From a virus (lineage: Duplodnaviria > Caudoviricetes), in IMG/VR virus record IMGVR_UViG_3300024275_000013, positions 1 to 42,508 of that record: a stretch of 42,508 nt of DNA; one strand, 5' to 3'. Below the pieces are notes generated by a model, which was not told where the DNA came from, made no database searches, and was given only the letters and a program-made list of their open reading frames with translations. A program made the translations under genes and the position numbers. Below, one piece after another: positions 1-8,032 of this stretch. Position 1 is the first letter of the stretch, and each line of letters begins with the position of its first letter.

Positions 1-230
1 TGCATACCGAGACATTGAAGGTTCGCACGTCTCATTGTTCACGTCAAGACTTATTTACGCTGTGTCTAACACATAGGACTGATTCATACTCGGCGCGTCT
101 TGTCAATATCTTTTTTCTCGTTCTGTCTATTGGCTTTACGCCTACAATCGCTCGCCTAGCACGACTTTCGGCGCTGTCAAGCCTCATTATGGGACACTAG
201 CACGATTTATCATATAGCTAGTTAGTCCAC

Positions 231-239
231 TTATCCACA
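231..239 (+). promoter_or_regulatory. Perfect DnaA-box consensus (TTATCCACA)
   Basis: Exact 9-mer in the AT-richer non-coding left end; single copy, so it could be chance. Confidence 0.3.
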
Positions 240-404
240 ACCTAACTATAAGTAAATCCCGGAAACGGACATACCGCTAGAATCGACGAGGATTCGCTAG
301 GTTCAACGCGAACCGAAAACCCTTGCACGACCTTGACCGGCCTGCCGATCGCCGCTCCTGCGCGAAATCGGCTATTCGGTGTTCCGAGCGTTTATTTCTA
401 CCCC

Positions 405-433
405 TTGACAGACTCTTAACCCTGCTATACAGT
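405..433 (+). promoter_or_regulatory. sigma70-type promoter of the replication operon
   Basis: TTGACA (405-410), 17-bp spacer, TACAGT (428-433); ATG at 443 without a Shine-Dalgarno. Confidence 0.65.
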
Positions 434-442
434 GCCCGTCCT

Positions 443-598
443 ATGGACGCATCACCGTCGGTTCACACGAAAGCCGTCAACATTCGACAGATGCCCGTTG
501 ACCTGTGGCGGCTCCTGAAGGTGCAAGCTGCGGTTGAGGGCATCACGGTTCAAGCTGCCGTCACGAAGGCCATTGCGCAATACGTGAAGGCTGCGTAG
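443..598 (+). CDS. Arc/ribbon-helix-helix DNA-binding protein
   Basis: 51 aa from ATG 443; 'KAVNIRQMPVDLWRLLKVQAAVEGITVQAAV' fits the RHH beta-alpha-alpha pattern. Confidence 0.7.
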   Translation: MDASPSVHTKAVNIRQMPVDLWRLLKVQAAVEGITVQAAVTKAIAQYVKAA

Positions 599-601
599 CA
601 G

Positions 602-1444
602 ATGAGTGGTTATACGAAACTCTTCAATTCGATTTTGGCGTCTACCGTGTGGTCAGAGCCGAATGAAGTTCGTATTGTGTGGATCACGATGCTGGCCATG
701 GCGAACAAGGACGGCAAAGTGGAAGGCTCGGTCCCAGGACTCGCCGTGTTTGCCCGGTTGCCCATCGATGAAACCCGCCGAGCGCTCGACCGACTCGCCT
801 CACCTGATGAAGATTCCCGCTCCAAAGAACTTGACGGCCGACGCATTCAACCGATTGATGGCGGCTGGCAGCTCGTCAATCACGGTAAATACCGCGACCA
901 GATGAGCAAGGACGAGCGCCGCGAATACCTGCGTGTCAAACAGCAGGAACAACGCGACAAGAAGAAGCGTCAACAGGCCGTCAACACTCGTAGCGGTCTA
1001 TCAACAGAATCAACACATACAGCACCAGCACCAGATACAGAAGCAACTACGATCCCTGTTACGAATAACAAGCTTATTCGGAAGCCTGATGCTGTTACGA
1101 AGGCGAACGGCAACGGCCACAACGCCCGGTCCAAACATCCAATCTTCTCAGGACAACGCTTCGTGGTGTTCGATTGGATGCTGGAAGACATCGGCCGCGT
1201 GCTCGGACCACACCTCGACGCCTTCGACGTTCACGAATGGTTCTTTTCGCTGGATGCTCGCGCCGTCAAAGACTCCATCGTGAAGTCCAAAAACGATTGG
1301 TGGCCGTGGATTCAAAACGAGCTGATGGCGGAAGCGCAAAAACGCGGATTACCCGTCGAAGCGCCGAAGCAATTTGGCATCACGCCGAAAACCGCCGGTA
1401 ATGCCGCGGCGCTGGCCCGGTTTGCATCGAGGAAAACATCATGA
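602..1444 (+). CDS. Phage replication initiator protein
   Basis: N-terminal winged-helix-like region ('YTKLFNSILASTVW...VWITMLAMA'), charged helix, low-complexity linker with internal DNA repeats; followed by a loader-like gene. Confidence 0.7.
   Translation: MSGYTKLFNSILASTVWSEPNEVRIVWITMLAMANKDGKVEGSVPGLAVFARLPIDETRRALDRLASPDEDSRSKELDGRRIQPIDGGWQLVNHGKYRDQMSKDERREYLRVKQQEQRDKKKRQQAVNTRSGLSTESTHTAPAPDTEATTIPVTNNKLIRKPDAVTKANGNGHNARSKHPIFSGQRFVVFDWMLEDIGRVLGPHLDAFDVHEWFFSLDARAVKDSIVKSKNDWWPWIQNELMAEAQKRGLPVEAPKQFGITPKTAGNAAALARFASRKTS
968..1101. repeat. Iteron-like repeats inside the initiator gene (candidate ori)
   Basis: TCAACA at 970, 981, 1001, 1010; CTGTTACGAA at 1056 and 1092; inverted repeat CGAATAA-N5-TTATTCG at 1062-1080. 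Confidence 0.5.
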
Positions 1445-1923
1445 CCGTTGACGATCGGCCGCGTCTCGCTCGCATCTTGGCCGTGCTCGGGGAAACCTTC
1501 AATGAACCCGTCAGCGATATCCGCGCTGAGGGGTATTTGATGGGCCTTAATGACTTATCGATCGAACAGGTCGAGCAAGGCGCACGGCGAGCGCTGAAAG
1601 AATCGAAATTTTTTCCGCGTCCCGCCGAAATTCGAGCGTTGGCAATCGGCACGGCCGATGATGCGGCGGAAATGGCGTGGCTGGAAATTCTCACCGAAGT
1701 TCGCCGCGTCGGGTTGTATGGCACGCCACAGTTATCCGCGGAGGCCGCGCTCGCGGCGCGTCAAGTGTGGGGCGGCTGGAAAGAACTCTGCACGACGTTG
1801 CCAGGAGATGGCCCGGAATTACTCGGATGGGCGAAACGATTCAAGGCCGCGTATAGCGTGCTGTCTGATCGCAACCGGCGACAGTTCGGCGTCATGATTC
1901 CAAGGCAGCAACTCGATGCGTAA
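1441..1923 (+). CDS. Helicase loader/inhibitor-like replication protein (DUF6475-like)
   Basis: 'ESKFFPRPAEIR' motif, 'AEMAW', 'GGWKELC'; ATGA overlap with the initiator. Confidence 0.6.
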   Translation: MTVDDRPRLARILAVLGETFNEPVSDIRAEGYLMGLNDLSIEQVEQGARRALKESKFFPRPAEIRALAIGTADDAAEMAWLEILTEVRRVGLYGTPQLSAEAALAARQVWGGWKELCTTLPGDGPELLGWAKRFKAAYSVLSDRNRRQFGVMIPRQQLDA

Positions 1924-2200
1924 ACGCGGCTCGGTATTTTGTTACTGCTGTGGCGCAACGTATGAACTCGGCCGGTTCATCTGCTGCGCGCCGCCGAACG
2001 GCATGGCCAGCCATCAGTGGTTGGAAAAGTTCTGCCATGTGTGCGGCACACAGACTCGCGGTAAATGTCCGAAGCATTGCACGTGTCCGAAGCCGGAAAA
2101 ACCGCCAGTGACGATCGACAACTGGACGAACACCGCCGCACTCGCGGAACCGATTCGCAAAGAGTGGATGCCGTATCGCGAGTCAGGCGAGGAGGGCTAA
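1916..2200 (+). CDS. Cys-rich hypothetical protein
   Basis: Several CxxC motifs; overlaps both neighbours. Confidence 0.5.
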   Translation: MRKRGSVFCYCCGATYELGRFICCAPPNGMASHQWLEKFCHVCGTQTRGKCPKHCTCPKPEKPPVTIDNWTNTAALAEPIRKEWMPYRESGEEG

Positions 2201-2454
2201 TGGCTGACAAGGACGAGTATCCACTCGGCTACGATGACGAGGATTACATTCAAGGCGAACCGTGGTGTTCGGACTTCGATGGTCATAAAGCCGCGCACAG
2301 ATTCTGCGAAGATCATCAGGCGATGTGGTGTCGAACGTGCGACCGTGGTTGTCCCGCTTGCTTCGATGATCCGCATTGCCCGGAGTGTCACGCTGCGCTC
2401 TTTACCGACGAGCACGATTGGGATTGCAGTTACTACGGCGAGGACGCGGAATGA
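2200..2454 (+). CDS. Acidic Cys/His-rich zinc-finger-like protein
   Basis: GAGGAGG SD before ATG 2200 (TAATG overlap); CxxH and CxxC motifs. Confidence 0.6.
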   Translation: MADKDEYPLGYDDEDYIQGEPWCSDFDGHKAAHRFCEDHQAMWCRTCDRGCPACFDDPHCPECHAALFTDEHDWDCSYYGEDAE

Positions 2455-2639
2455 CGAGCGAACATCGCCCGCGCACGCATCGCCTGATCAATCCGGAATT
2501 GTCCGTGGCGCTGTTGCGGAAAATCGTTACAGCTTGGGACGGCGATGATATGGAAGAAGTTCTGATCAGCATCGCAGCCGCACGACACTTGCTGAATATC
2601 GGAACCGTGAACCTCGAGCGCGGAGACGACGCCAAATGA
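2451..2639 (+). CDS. Hypothetical protein
   Basis: ATGA overlaps at both ends; GAGG SD. Confidence 0.5.
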   Translation: MTSEHRPRTHRLINPELSVALLRKIVTAWDGDDMEEVLISIAAARHLLNIGTVNLERGDDAK

Positions 2640-3340
2640 AACCGTATTACGAACACGCGGGGATCACGATCTACCACGCTGATTGTCGTGACGTGATTGA
2701 TCATCTCGCGCCGCACTACGCCGAGAAGTTGTTCGATCTCTTGCTTACTGATCCGCCTTACGGTATCGGCGTGGCGAAGCGTGGGCAGGTCGGCGCTGGC
2801 GTGCGGACCAAGACGAACGGCTACGCCGTTCTCGATGCGACCGACTTCGGTAACGTGGTATGGGATGGCGACACATGCGCGGACGTATTGCCGAAGCTCC
2901 GAGCGCTGGCGAAGTATCAGATCGTGTTCGGCGGGAATTACTACGAACTGCCGCCGAGCCGCTGCTGGTTGGTGTGGGACAAGGCAAATGAAGGCACTGA
3001 CTACGCAGACTGCGAGTTGGCGTGGACGAATCTCGATAAGGCCGTTCGTAAACTCACATTCCGATGGAATGGCATGTTGCAAGGCGCTGGCGTGCCGAAG
3101 GAAGAACGATTACATCCAACCATGAAGCCTGAACCAGTCATGCGCTGGGCGCTGATACAAGCTCCGCACGATGTGAAAACCGTCCTTGATCCGTTCATGG
3201 GCAGCGGGACCACGCTCGTCGCGGCAAAGCGCCTTGGCCGCCAGTGCGTCGGCATTGAGCGCGAAGAACGGTATTGCGAGATCGCGGCAAGGCGTCTACA
3301 ACAGGAAGCACTACCGCTTGAAATGGAGCACGTCGGCTAA
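2636..3340 (+). CDS. DNA amino-methyltransferase (N4-C/N6-A, beta class)
   Basis: 'LLTDPPYG' motif IV precedes 'HPTMKP' and 'VLDPFMGSGTT' motif I. Confidence 0.92.
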   Translation: MKPYYEHAGITIYHADCRDVIDHLAPHYAEKLFDLLLTDPPYGIGVAKRGQVGAGVRTKTNGYAVLDATDFGNVVWDGDTCADVLPKLRALAKYQIVFGGNYYELPPSRCWLVWDKANEGTDYADCELAWTNLDKAVRKLTFRWNGMLQGAGVPKEERLHPTMKPEPVMRWALIQAPHDVKTVLDPFMGSGTTLVAAKRLGRQCVGIEREERYCEIAARRLQQEALPLEMEHVG

Positions 3341-3543
3341 TGCCGCTGGTGCGCCGCGGTCGTCTGCTAACTGGCGTCTGGTTCTCCTGTGTCTACTGTG
3401 GACAGAAATGTTTTTCCGCGCTGATACTTTCCAGTCATGAGCGGGAATGTGAGAAACGGAAAGCCTTCACCCGCAGCTATGATGATGCGAGACGGAAACA
3501 TACCGGCCGACTCCGGCGCGGCACGGACTGGAATACCGCATAA
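3340..3543 (+). CDS. Small zinc-finger-like protein
   Basis: CxxC...HxxxC; TAATG overlap with the MTase. Confidence 0.45.
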   Translation: MPLVRRGRLLTGVWFSCVYCGQKCFSALILSSHERECEKRKAFTRSYDDARRKHTGRLRRGTDWNTA

Positions 3544-3560
3544 CTTTCAGGAGTTTTAGA

Positions 3561-4211
3561 ATGGCGAATGTGTCCGAGAAGAAAGAATCGTTCCCTTTGT
3601 CGTGGCCTGCGGACTGGCCGCGCACGCGACTCGCGGATCAGCGCACGATGGCGTCATGGAAGCGCAGCGCGAACGACTACCGCGAAGAACTCGCCAAGGA
3701 ACTTGACCGGCGCAAGGCTCCGATTGCGATCATCTCCACCAATGTGCCGTTGAGCGTGCGCGGGCAGATGGTCGCGACGGCGGTGTCGCAGGTGCGCGAT
3801 GTCGGGGTCGCGATCTATTTTTCGCTGCCGATGACGGAAGATTTCTCCTGGCAGGACGGGCTCAAGATCGACAGCCCCGCGCCGAGCGATGACGAAATCA
3901 ACAGCGCCTTTCGGAAGTTGGCCGCGCAGTATCACCCAGACAAGCCGGGCGGCGGTGACCGGGAGATGTTCTTGGCGCTCTCGCGGCATCGTGACAACGC
4001 GATGCGATGGGCACATCGGATGAACGCTGAGCCGCAGCATGTGATCGCGTGCGACACGTTCAAGGAAGTGCGCTTGAACCTCGCCGCGATTGCGTTCACG
4101 CTGAAAGCCATGCGGCAGATTGACCGCTGCGGCACGTCGGCGGTGCTGGAACGGTCCTTCAAGAGCTTCCTGGCGCTGGCGGCTGGAGATGGAATCGAGG
4201 CATCCGCATGA
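3561..4211 (+). CDS. Phage protein with an embedded J domain
   Basis: 'EINSAFRKLAAQYHPDKPGG' J-domain signature inside a 'PLSWPADWPRT...IISTNVPL...IACDTF' phage family; AGGAG SD. Confidence 0.8.
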   Translation: MANVSEKKESFPLSWPADWPRTRLADQRTMASWKRSANDYREELAKELDRRKAPIAIISTNVPLSVRGQMVATAVSQVRDVGVAIYFSLPMTEDFSWQDGLKIDSPAPSDDEINSAFRKLAAQYHPDKPGGGDREMFLALSRHRDNAMRWAHRMNAEPQHVIACDTFKEVRLNLAAIAFTLKAMRQIDRCGTSAVLERSFKSFLALAAGDGIEASA

Positions 4212-4693
4212 GACTTCTTGAAGGCGTGGTGGAAGCCGATTACCACAGCGCGGCCGACGAAGAATACAACAACATGCGCGAGGAAATCAGCACGCTCCGC
4301 GAGCAACTGCGAGACGCGCAGCGCGAAGCCTCAGCCGCGAAGCGAGACGCGGCGCGTGCGCTCGCTAATCTGCGGAAGCAACTCGGCCCGCTCTATCAGG
4401 CGTTGCAGATGGTATTCGGTGAACTGGACGCGGCTGGTGTGGAGGAACCGTCAGCCGCGTCAGGGCCAGTGAACGCTCGCACGTCGGCGGTGTGGGAATC
4501 ATGGAAATCGAAACTCCCCGGTCGCACCGCGCAGATCATTGACGCGCTGTTGCTGCACGGCGAGATGAATTCCACTCAGATCGCGATTGCGATCGGTATT
4601 CATCGCAATAACGTGCCTCAGCTAATCTTCAAATTGAACAAGGCTGGGCTGATCGACAAAAACGGCACGAAATATTCACTCAAGAAGCTCTAG
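4208..4693 (+). CDS. Coiled-coil plus C-terminal winged HTH protein
   Basis: N-terminal heptads; 'MNSTQIAIAIGIHRNNV...KLNKAGLI' wHTH pattern. Confidence 0.65.
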   Translation: MRLLEGVVEADYHSAADEEYNNMREEISTLREQLRDAQREASAAKRDAARALANLRKQLGPLYQALQMVFGELDAAGVEEPSAASGPVNARTSAVWESWKSKLPGRTAQIIDALLLHGEMNSTQIAIAIGIHRNNVPQLIFKLNKAGLIDKNGTKYSLKKL

Positions 4694-4695
4694 CT

Positions 4696-4896
4696 ATGAA
4701 ATTCACTGACCCGATCCCCGTCGTGCCGAAGAAGATCCCGCCGAAGAATTCCTGGTGGGCCACGCCAGACGCGCAAGCGACGCGGGAAGGCTTTCAGCAA
4801 AAGGCGAGAGCCGAAGAAAACAGAATCTGCGGCAATGAACGATTCGGCGGAAATAAGCAAACGCATAACAAGTTCTCGCACACGCCGAAGAAATAA
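4696..4896 (+). CDS. Hypothetical protein
   Basis: ORF fills the gap between flanking genes. Confidence 0.45.
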   Translation: MKFTDPIPVVPKKIPPKNSWWATPDAQATREGFQQKARAEENRICGNERFGGNKQTHNKFSHTPKK

Positions 4897-4898
4897 TC

Positions 4899-5366
4899 AT
4901 GGCCTGGACCCAAGCGGATGTAGACGCGATCAACGCTCGGCGCGGCGCGAAACTGCCGGCGCATGTGCCGACACCGCGAAACAAATGGGACGTGGTGACG
5001 GACGCGAAAACCACGGAGAAGAAATCCAAGTATCGCAACGTGCGAACGATGATCGGCGGGGAATCCTTCGACTCCAAGCGCGAAGCGGATTACTGGCTTG
5101 TGCTGAAAGCTCGCGAGCAGCTCGGGGAGATTCAATTGCTCCGTCGGCAAGTCCGCTACGACTTGAATTGTCCAGACGAGACGGAGCCGCGCCACGATTT
5201 AGCCATGAGCCGAACCGTGGCGCACTATGTGGCCGATTACGTGTATTACGATCTCACGGACGGTCGGGAGCATGTCGTAGACGCGAAAGGCCATCGCACG
5301 CGGGAGTATCAGTTGAAAAAGAAATGGCTCGAGCTGCAAGACGGCATCGTGATCGAAGAAGTTTGA
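4899..5366 (+). CDS. DUF1064-like PD-(D/E)XK nuclease (possible resolvase)
   Basis: 'SKYRN...FDSKREA...RQVRY...YVADYVY...VVDAKG...YQLKKK' signature. Confidence 0.8.
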   Translation: MAWTQADVDAINARRGAKLPAHVPTPRNKWDVVTDAKTTEKKSKYRNVRTMIGGESFDSKREADYWLVLKAREQLGEIQLLRRQVRYDLNCPDETEPRHDLAMSRTVAHYVADYVYYDLTDGREHVVDAKGHRTREYQLKKKWLELQDGIVIEEV

Positions 5367-5402
5367 TCCACGGAAACGTAATTCTGGTAAGGTATTTCAG
5401 GT

Positions 5403-5717
5403 ATGGCGAAACGTCCCTCGACGCCGAAGCCACGACAACCACGAGCACGCCGGCATAACGGCCATGCGCGTGAACTGCACACCTTGGAACACGTCATCAA
5501 CGCGATTCTCGAATTGGAGGAACAGATCATGGCGCTCTCTCAGATGGTCACCGATGCCCTCGCCGCGCAGGATCAGAAAATCGCCGCGCTCGATACCAAA
5601 GTCGATGCGTTCATCGCGGCCCATCAGGGGAATACCGCGGCCGACGATCAGGCCGTGGTAGACGCACTCGGCAAGCAGGGACAGGCGATTGACGCGATCA
5701 GCGCGAAACTCGTCTAG
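5403..5717 (+). CDS. Coiled-coil hypothetical protein upstream of terL
   Basis: Basic N-terminus, helical C-terminus; extended -10-like TGGTAAGGT shortly upstream. Confidence 0.55.
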   Translation: MAKRPSTPKPRQPRARRHNGHARELHTLEHVINAILELEEQIMALSQMVTDALAAQDQKIAALDTKVDAFIAAHQGNTAADDQAVVDALGKQGQAIDAISAKLV

Positions 5718-5752
5718 CGTGATCCTCGTGCTGTTTCCGTGGAGCGTGGCGC

Positions 5753-7216
5753 GTGCCTGAACTGGATTGGTCCGACATGCCGATCCATCAGGCGATCAAG
5801 TCTGACTGGAAGACGCCGGAAATCCTCGTCGAAGGCAGTCTGAATTCCGCGAAGACGACCGTCACGCTCGATAAAGAAATTGACGCCGCGCTGAAATATC
5901 ACGGCATCCCGCTCGTGCTGTGCAGATGGACAGAGGACGCGGTATCCACGAAGCTCCGGAAAGCCTTCGAAGATATTCTCGGCATCCGAGGGATTCCGTT
6001 CTCGTGGGACGCGAAACAGAAGCTCTACTCGCTGCCGAACGATTCCACGGCGACGATGTTCGGTCTGAAATCCTCGAGCGAGGCCGAACTATTCAGCAAG
6101 CTCCGCGGTATGCCAGCTTCGCGCATCTTGGTCGATCAGGCCGAAGAAATGAAACGCGCCGTGGCCGATGAATTGCGCGGGCGCTTTCGTCCGGACATTA
6201 TCGCAACCACGATCCGCCGCACGAGCTTTCCGTTTCAACTGACGCTCGTCGCAAATCCCTCCGGCGAGACGTTCTGGCTGTCGAAGCAATTCCCACCCGA
6301 TAACAAAATTGCTGGACGCAAACTCTACTCGTTGTCGGTCTACGACAATAAGCACCTTCCGCAAGAGTCGATCGATAGCCTGCTCCGCACCTACTCGCCC
6401 GAACACCCCAAGCACCAGACGATGATCCTGGGCAAGAGGGGACTCAATATCGACGGCGATCCGGTGTATGAGGGTATGTTCGATCGCAAGCTGCACGTTG
6501 TCGAATTGCATGGGCGATCGGATTTGCCGGTGCTCGAGGGTTTCGAACTCGGACGGCATAACCCGGTGTGGATCGCGGCGCAGCGCGGCCACAACGGGCG
6601 GCTGATGCTGCTCGGTGGCATCATGGCGAAGGGTATGATGCTGGAAGATTTCCTGCCAATCGTGCGGGACTATCAGCGCGATTGGTTTGAAAACTCCGCG
6701 ATCAAAACCTGCACGTCACCGATGGGCGAGACGGCGCGCACGACGGGCACACGGCAGACGCTGCTCAGCGTGCTGCGAGAATCGGGGATTCGTCCAGTGT
6801 GGCGTGAGAACGCGAACGCGCCGGATGTCCAACTTGCGATGATCGAAGCGATTGGCGGATTGCTCCGACGCCGCACGGTTGCGCGAGAGGAATCGTTCGC
6901 GATTAACGCGGATAAGGATCGATGGCTCGTCGTGTCAGACGGAAATGCCAAGCCGGTGCCGTTCATGTCGTTCGCGTTTGAAGGCGGCTACGTGTGGGAC
7001 GAGCACGCGGTGAGCATCAGCAACAAAGCGGTTCGCCAGCCGCGAGAGGACGACGAATACGCCAACGCGATGCACTGCCTGGAAAACATCGTGCTCAACT
7101 TCTGCGCGGGTAGACCGACAGACTCCGAGAAAGCCGCGAAGAAAGCCGCGCTCCGAGCCAATGATTCGTTTGAACAGGCTCCGCGGGAACGGAGCACGCT
7201 GGATTGGGCACGCTAG
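5753..7216 (+). CDS. terL: Terminase large subunit (atypical motifs)
   Basis: Walker A-like GSLNSAKTT, 'KLRG', Walker B-like ILVDQAEE, coupling motif ANP, 'YDNKHL'; position before the portal. Confidence 0.8.
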   Translation: MPELDWSDMPIHQAIKSDWKTPEILVEGSLNSAKTTVTLDKEIDAALKYHGIPLVLCRWTEDAVSTKLRKAFEDILGIRGIPFSWDAKQKLYSLPNDSTATMFGLKSSSEAELFSKLRGMPASRILVDQAEEMKRAVADELRGRFRPDIIATTIRRTSFPFQLTLVANPSGETFWLSKQFPPDNKIAGRKLYSLSVYDNKHLPQESIDSLLRTYSPEHPKHQTMILGKRGLNIDGDPVYEGMFDRKLHVVELHGRSDLPVLEGFELGRHNPVWIAAQRGHNGRLMLLGGIMAKGMMLEDFLPIVRDYQRDWFENSAIKTCTSPMGETARTTGTRQTLLSVLRESGIRPVWRENANAPDVQLAMIEAIGGLLRRRTVAREESFAINADKDRWLVVSDGNAKPVPFMSFAFEGGYVWDEHAVSISNKAVRQPREDDEYANAMHCLENIVLNFCAGRPTDSEKAAKKAALRANDSFEQAPRERSTLDWAR

Positions 7217-7251
7217 TTGACACCCGGTATAGACTAGGAACGATCCTCCGA

Positions 7252-7458
7252 ATGAACGCCAGATCAGCGAAAGCACGCCACGCGGCAGAGGAAGCCGAAT
7301 TCCGAGCCGGTGTCATGGCCCTTGTCGAAGCGCAGAAGGGCATCATCGGGGCGTTGGCCCGTGGCCTGACGGCCGCTCAGAAGGACATTGAAGATTTGAA
7401 ACAGCATATGTCCGACGTGGAATCCGGCGTGCTGCCCGGATCGGAGACGGTGCAGTGA
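7252..7458 (+). CDS. Hypothetical coiled-coil protein
   Basis: ATG 7252 downstream of TTGACA (7217); GTGA overlap with the next gene. Confidence 0.5.
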   Translation: MNARSAKARHAAEEAEFRAGVMALVEAQKGIIGALARGLTAAQKDIEDLKQHMSDVESGVLPGSETVQ

Positions 7459-7664
7459 CTGATGAATTCCGCGAGTCATTGCACTCAGATTCGGAAAACT
7501 ACGACGTGTGGTGCGAACGCTGCCAGAAGGTGCATCGGCATTTCACGTTCACGCGAGAAGATCATGACCGCGTGATTTCAGAAGGCGCGAAGAAGTTACA
7601 GGAAGCGATTGACGCGAAAATCGCCGCCGATGTCTATGACGCGGTGTGGAAGCTGCCCAAATGA
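7455..7664 (+). CDS. Hypothetical protein (CxxC)
   Basis: GGAG SD; overlaps neighbours. Confidence 0.5.
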   Translation: MTDEFRESLHSDSENYDVWCERCQKVHRHFTFTREDHDRVISEGAKKLQEAIDAKIAADVYDAVWKLPK

Positions 7665-8032
7665 GCGACGTATTCGTGCAGATCGGCGATACCGTCCACG
7701 TCAACGCTCCAGATGCGCCGGCCGGCGGATTGTCCATCGCGGTTGCCCCACCGACTATTGCCGAACTCCTCGCGCAGTCTCGCGCTGCCCACCAACGCTT
7801 TCAGAAAGCCGCCGGCCACAACAACGGACGAGGCGTGACCATCGCGCCTGATGATGACGCGGCGGCGCTCGCGGTGCGACAAGCGCTCGATGCGAGACAA
7901 GCCGCTGAAGATGGCGATCCGGGCCATACCGATCCCGCATGGGCCGATGATCAGGCATTGAATCGCGGCGTCTCGAGCGATACGCTCTTAGCTTTCTACA
8001 AAAATTACTTCGAGCCGGACGTGAAGCTGTAA
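7661..8032 (+). CDS. Hypothetical protein
   Basis: ATGA overlap; abuts the portal start. Confidence 0.55.
   Translation: MSDVFVQIGDTVHVNAPDAPAGGLSIAVAPPTIAELLAQSRAAHQRFQKAAGHNNGRGVTIAPDDDAAALAVRQALDARQAAEDGDPGHTDPAWADDQALNRGVSSDTLLAFYKNYFEPDVKL

Noticed and set aside
15-200. 61-aa ORF at the left end, and terminal repeats between the two ends
   Set aside because: TTG start, no SD and atypical composition; no direct terminal repeat visible and only a 10-bp internal inverted match
7217-7244. Promoter after terL
   Set aside because: Perfect TTGACA but only a weak -10 (AACGAT at 16-bp spacing); not called
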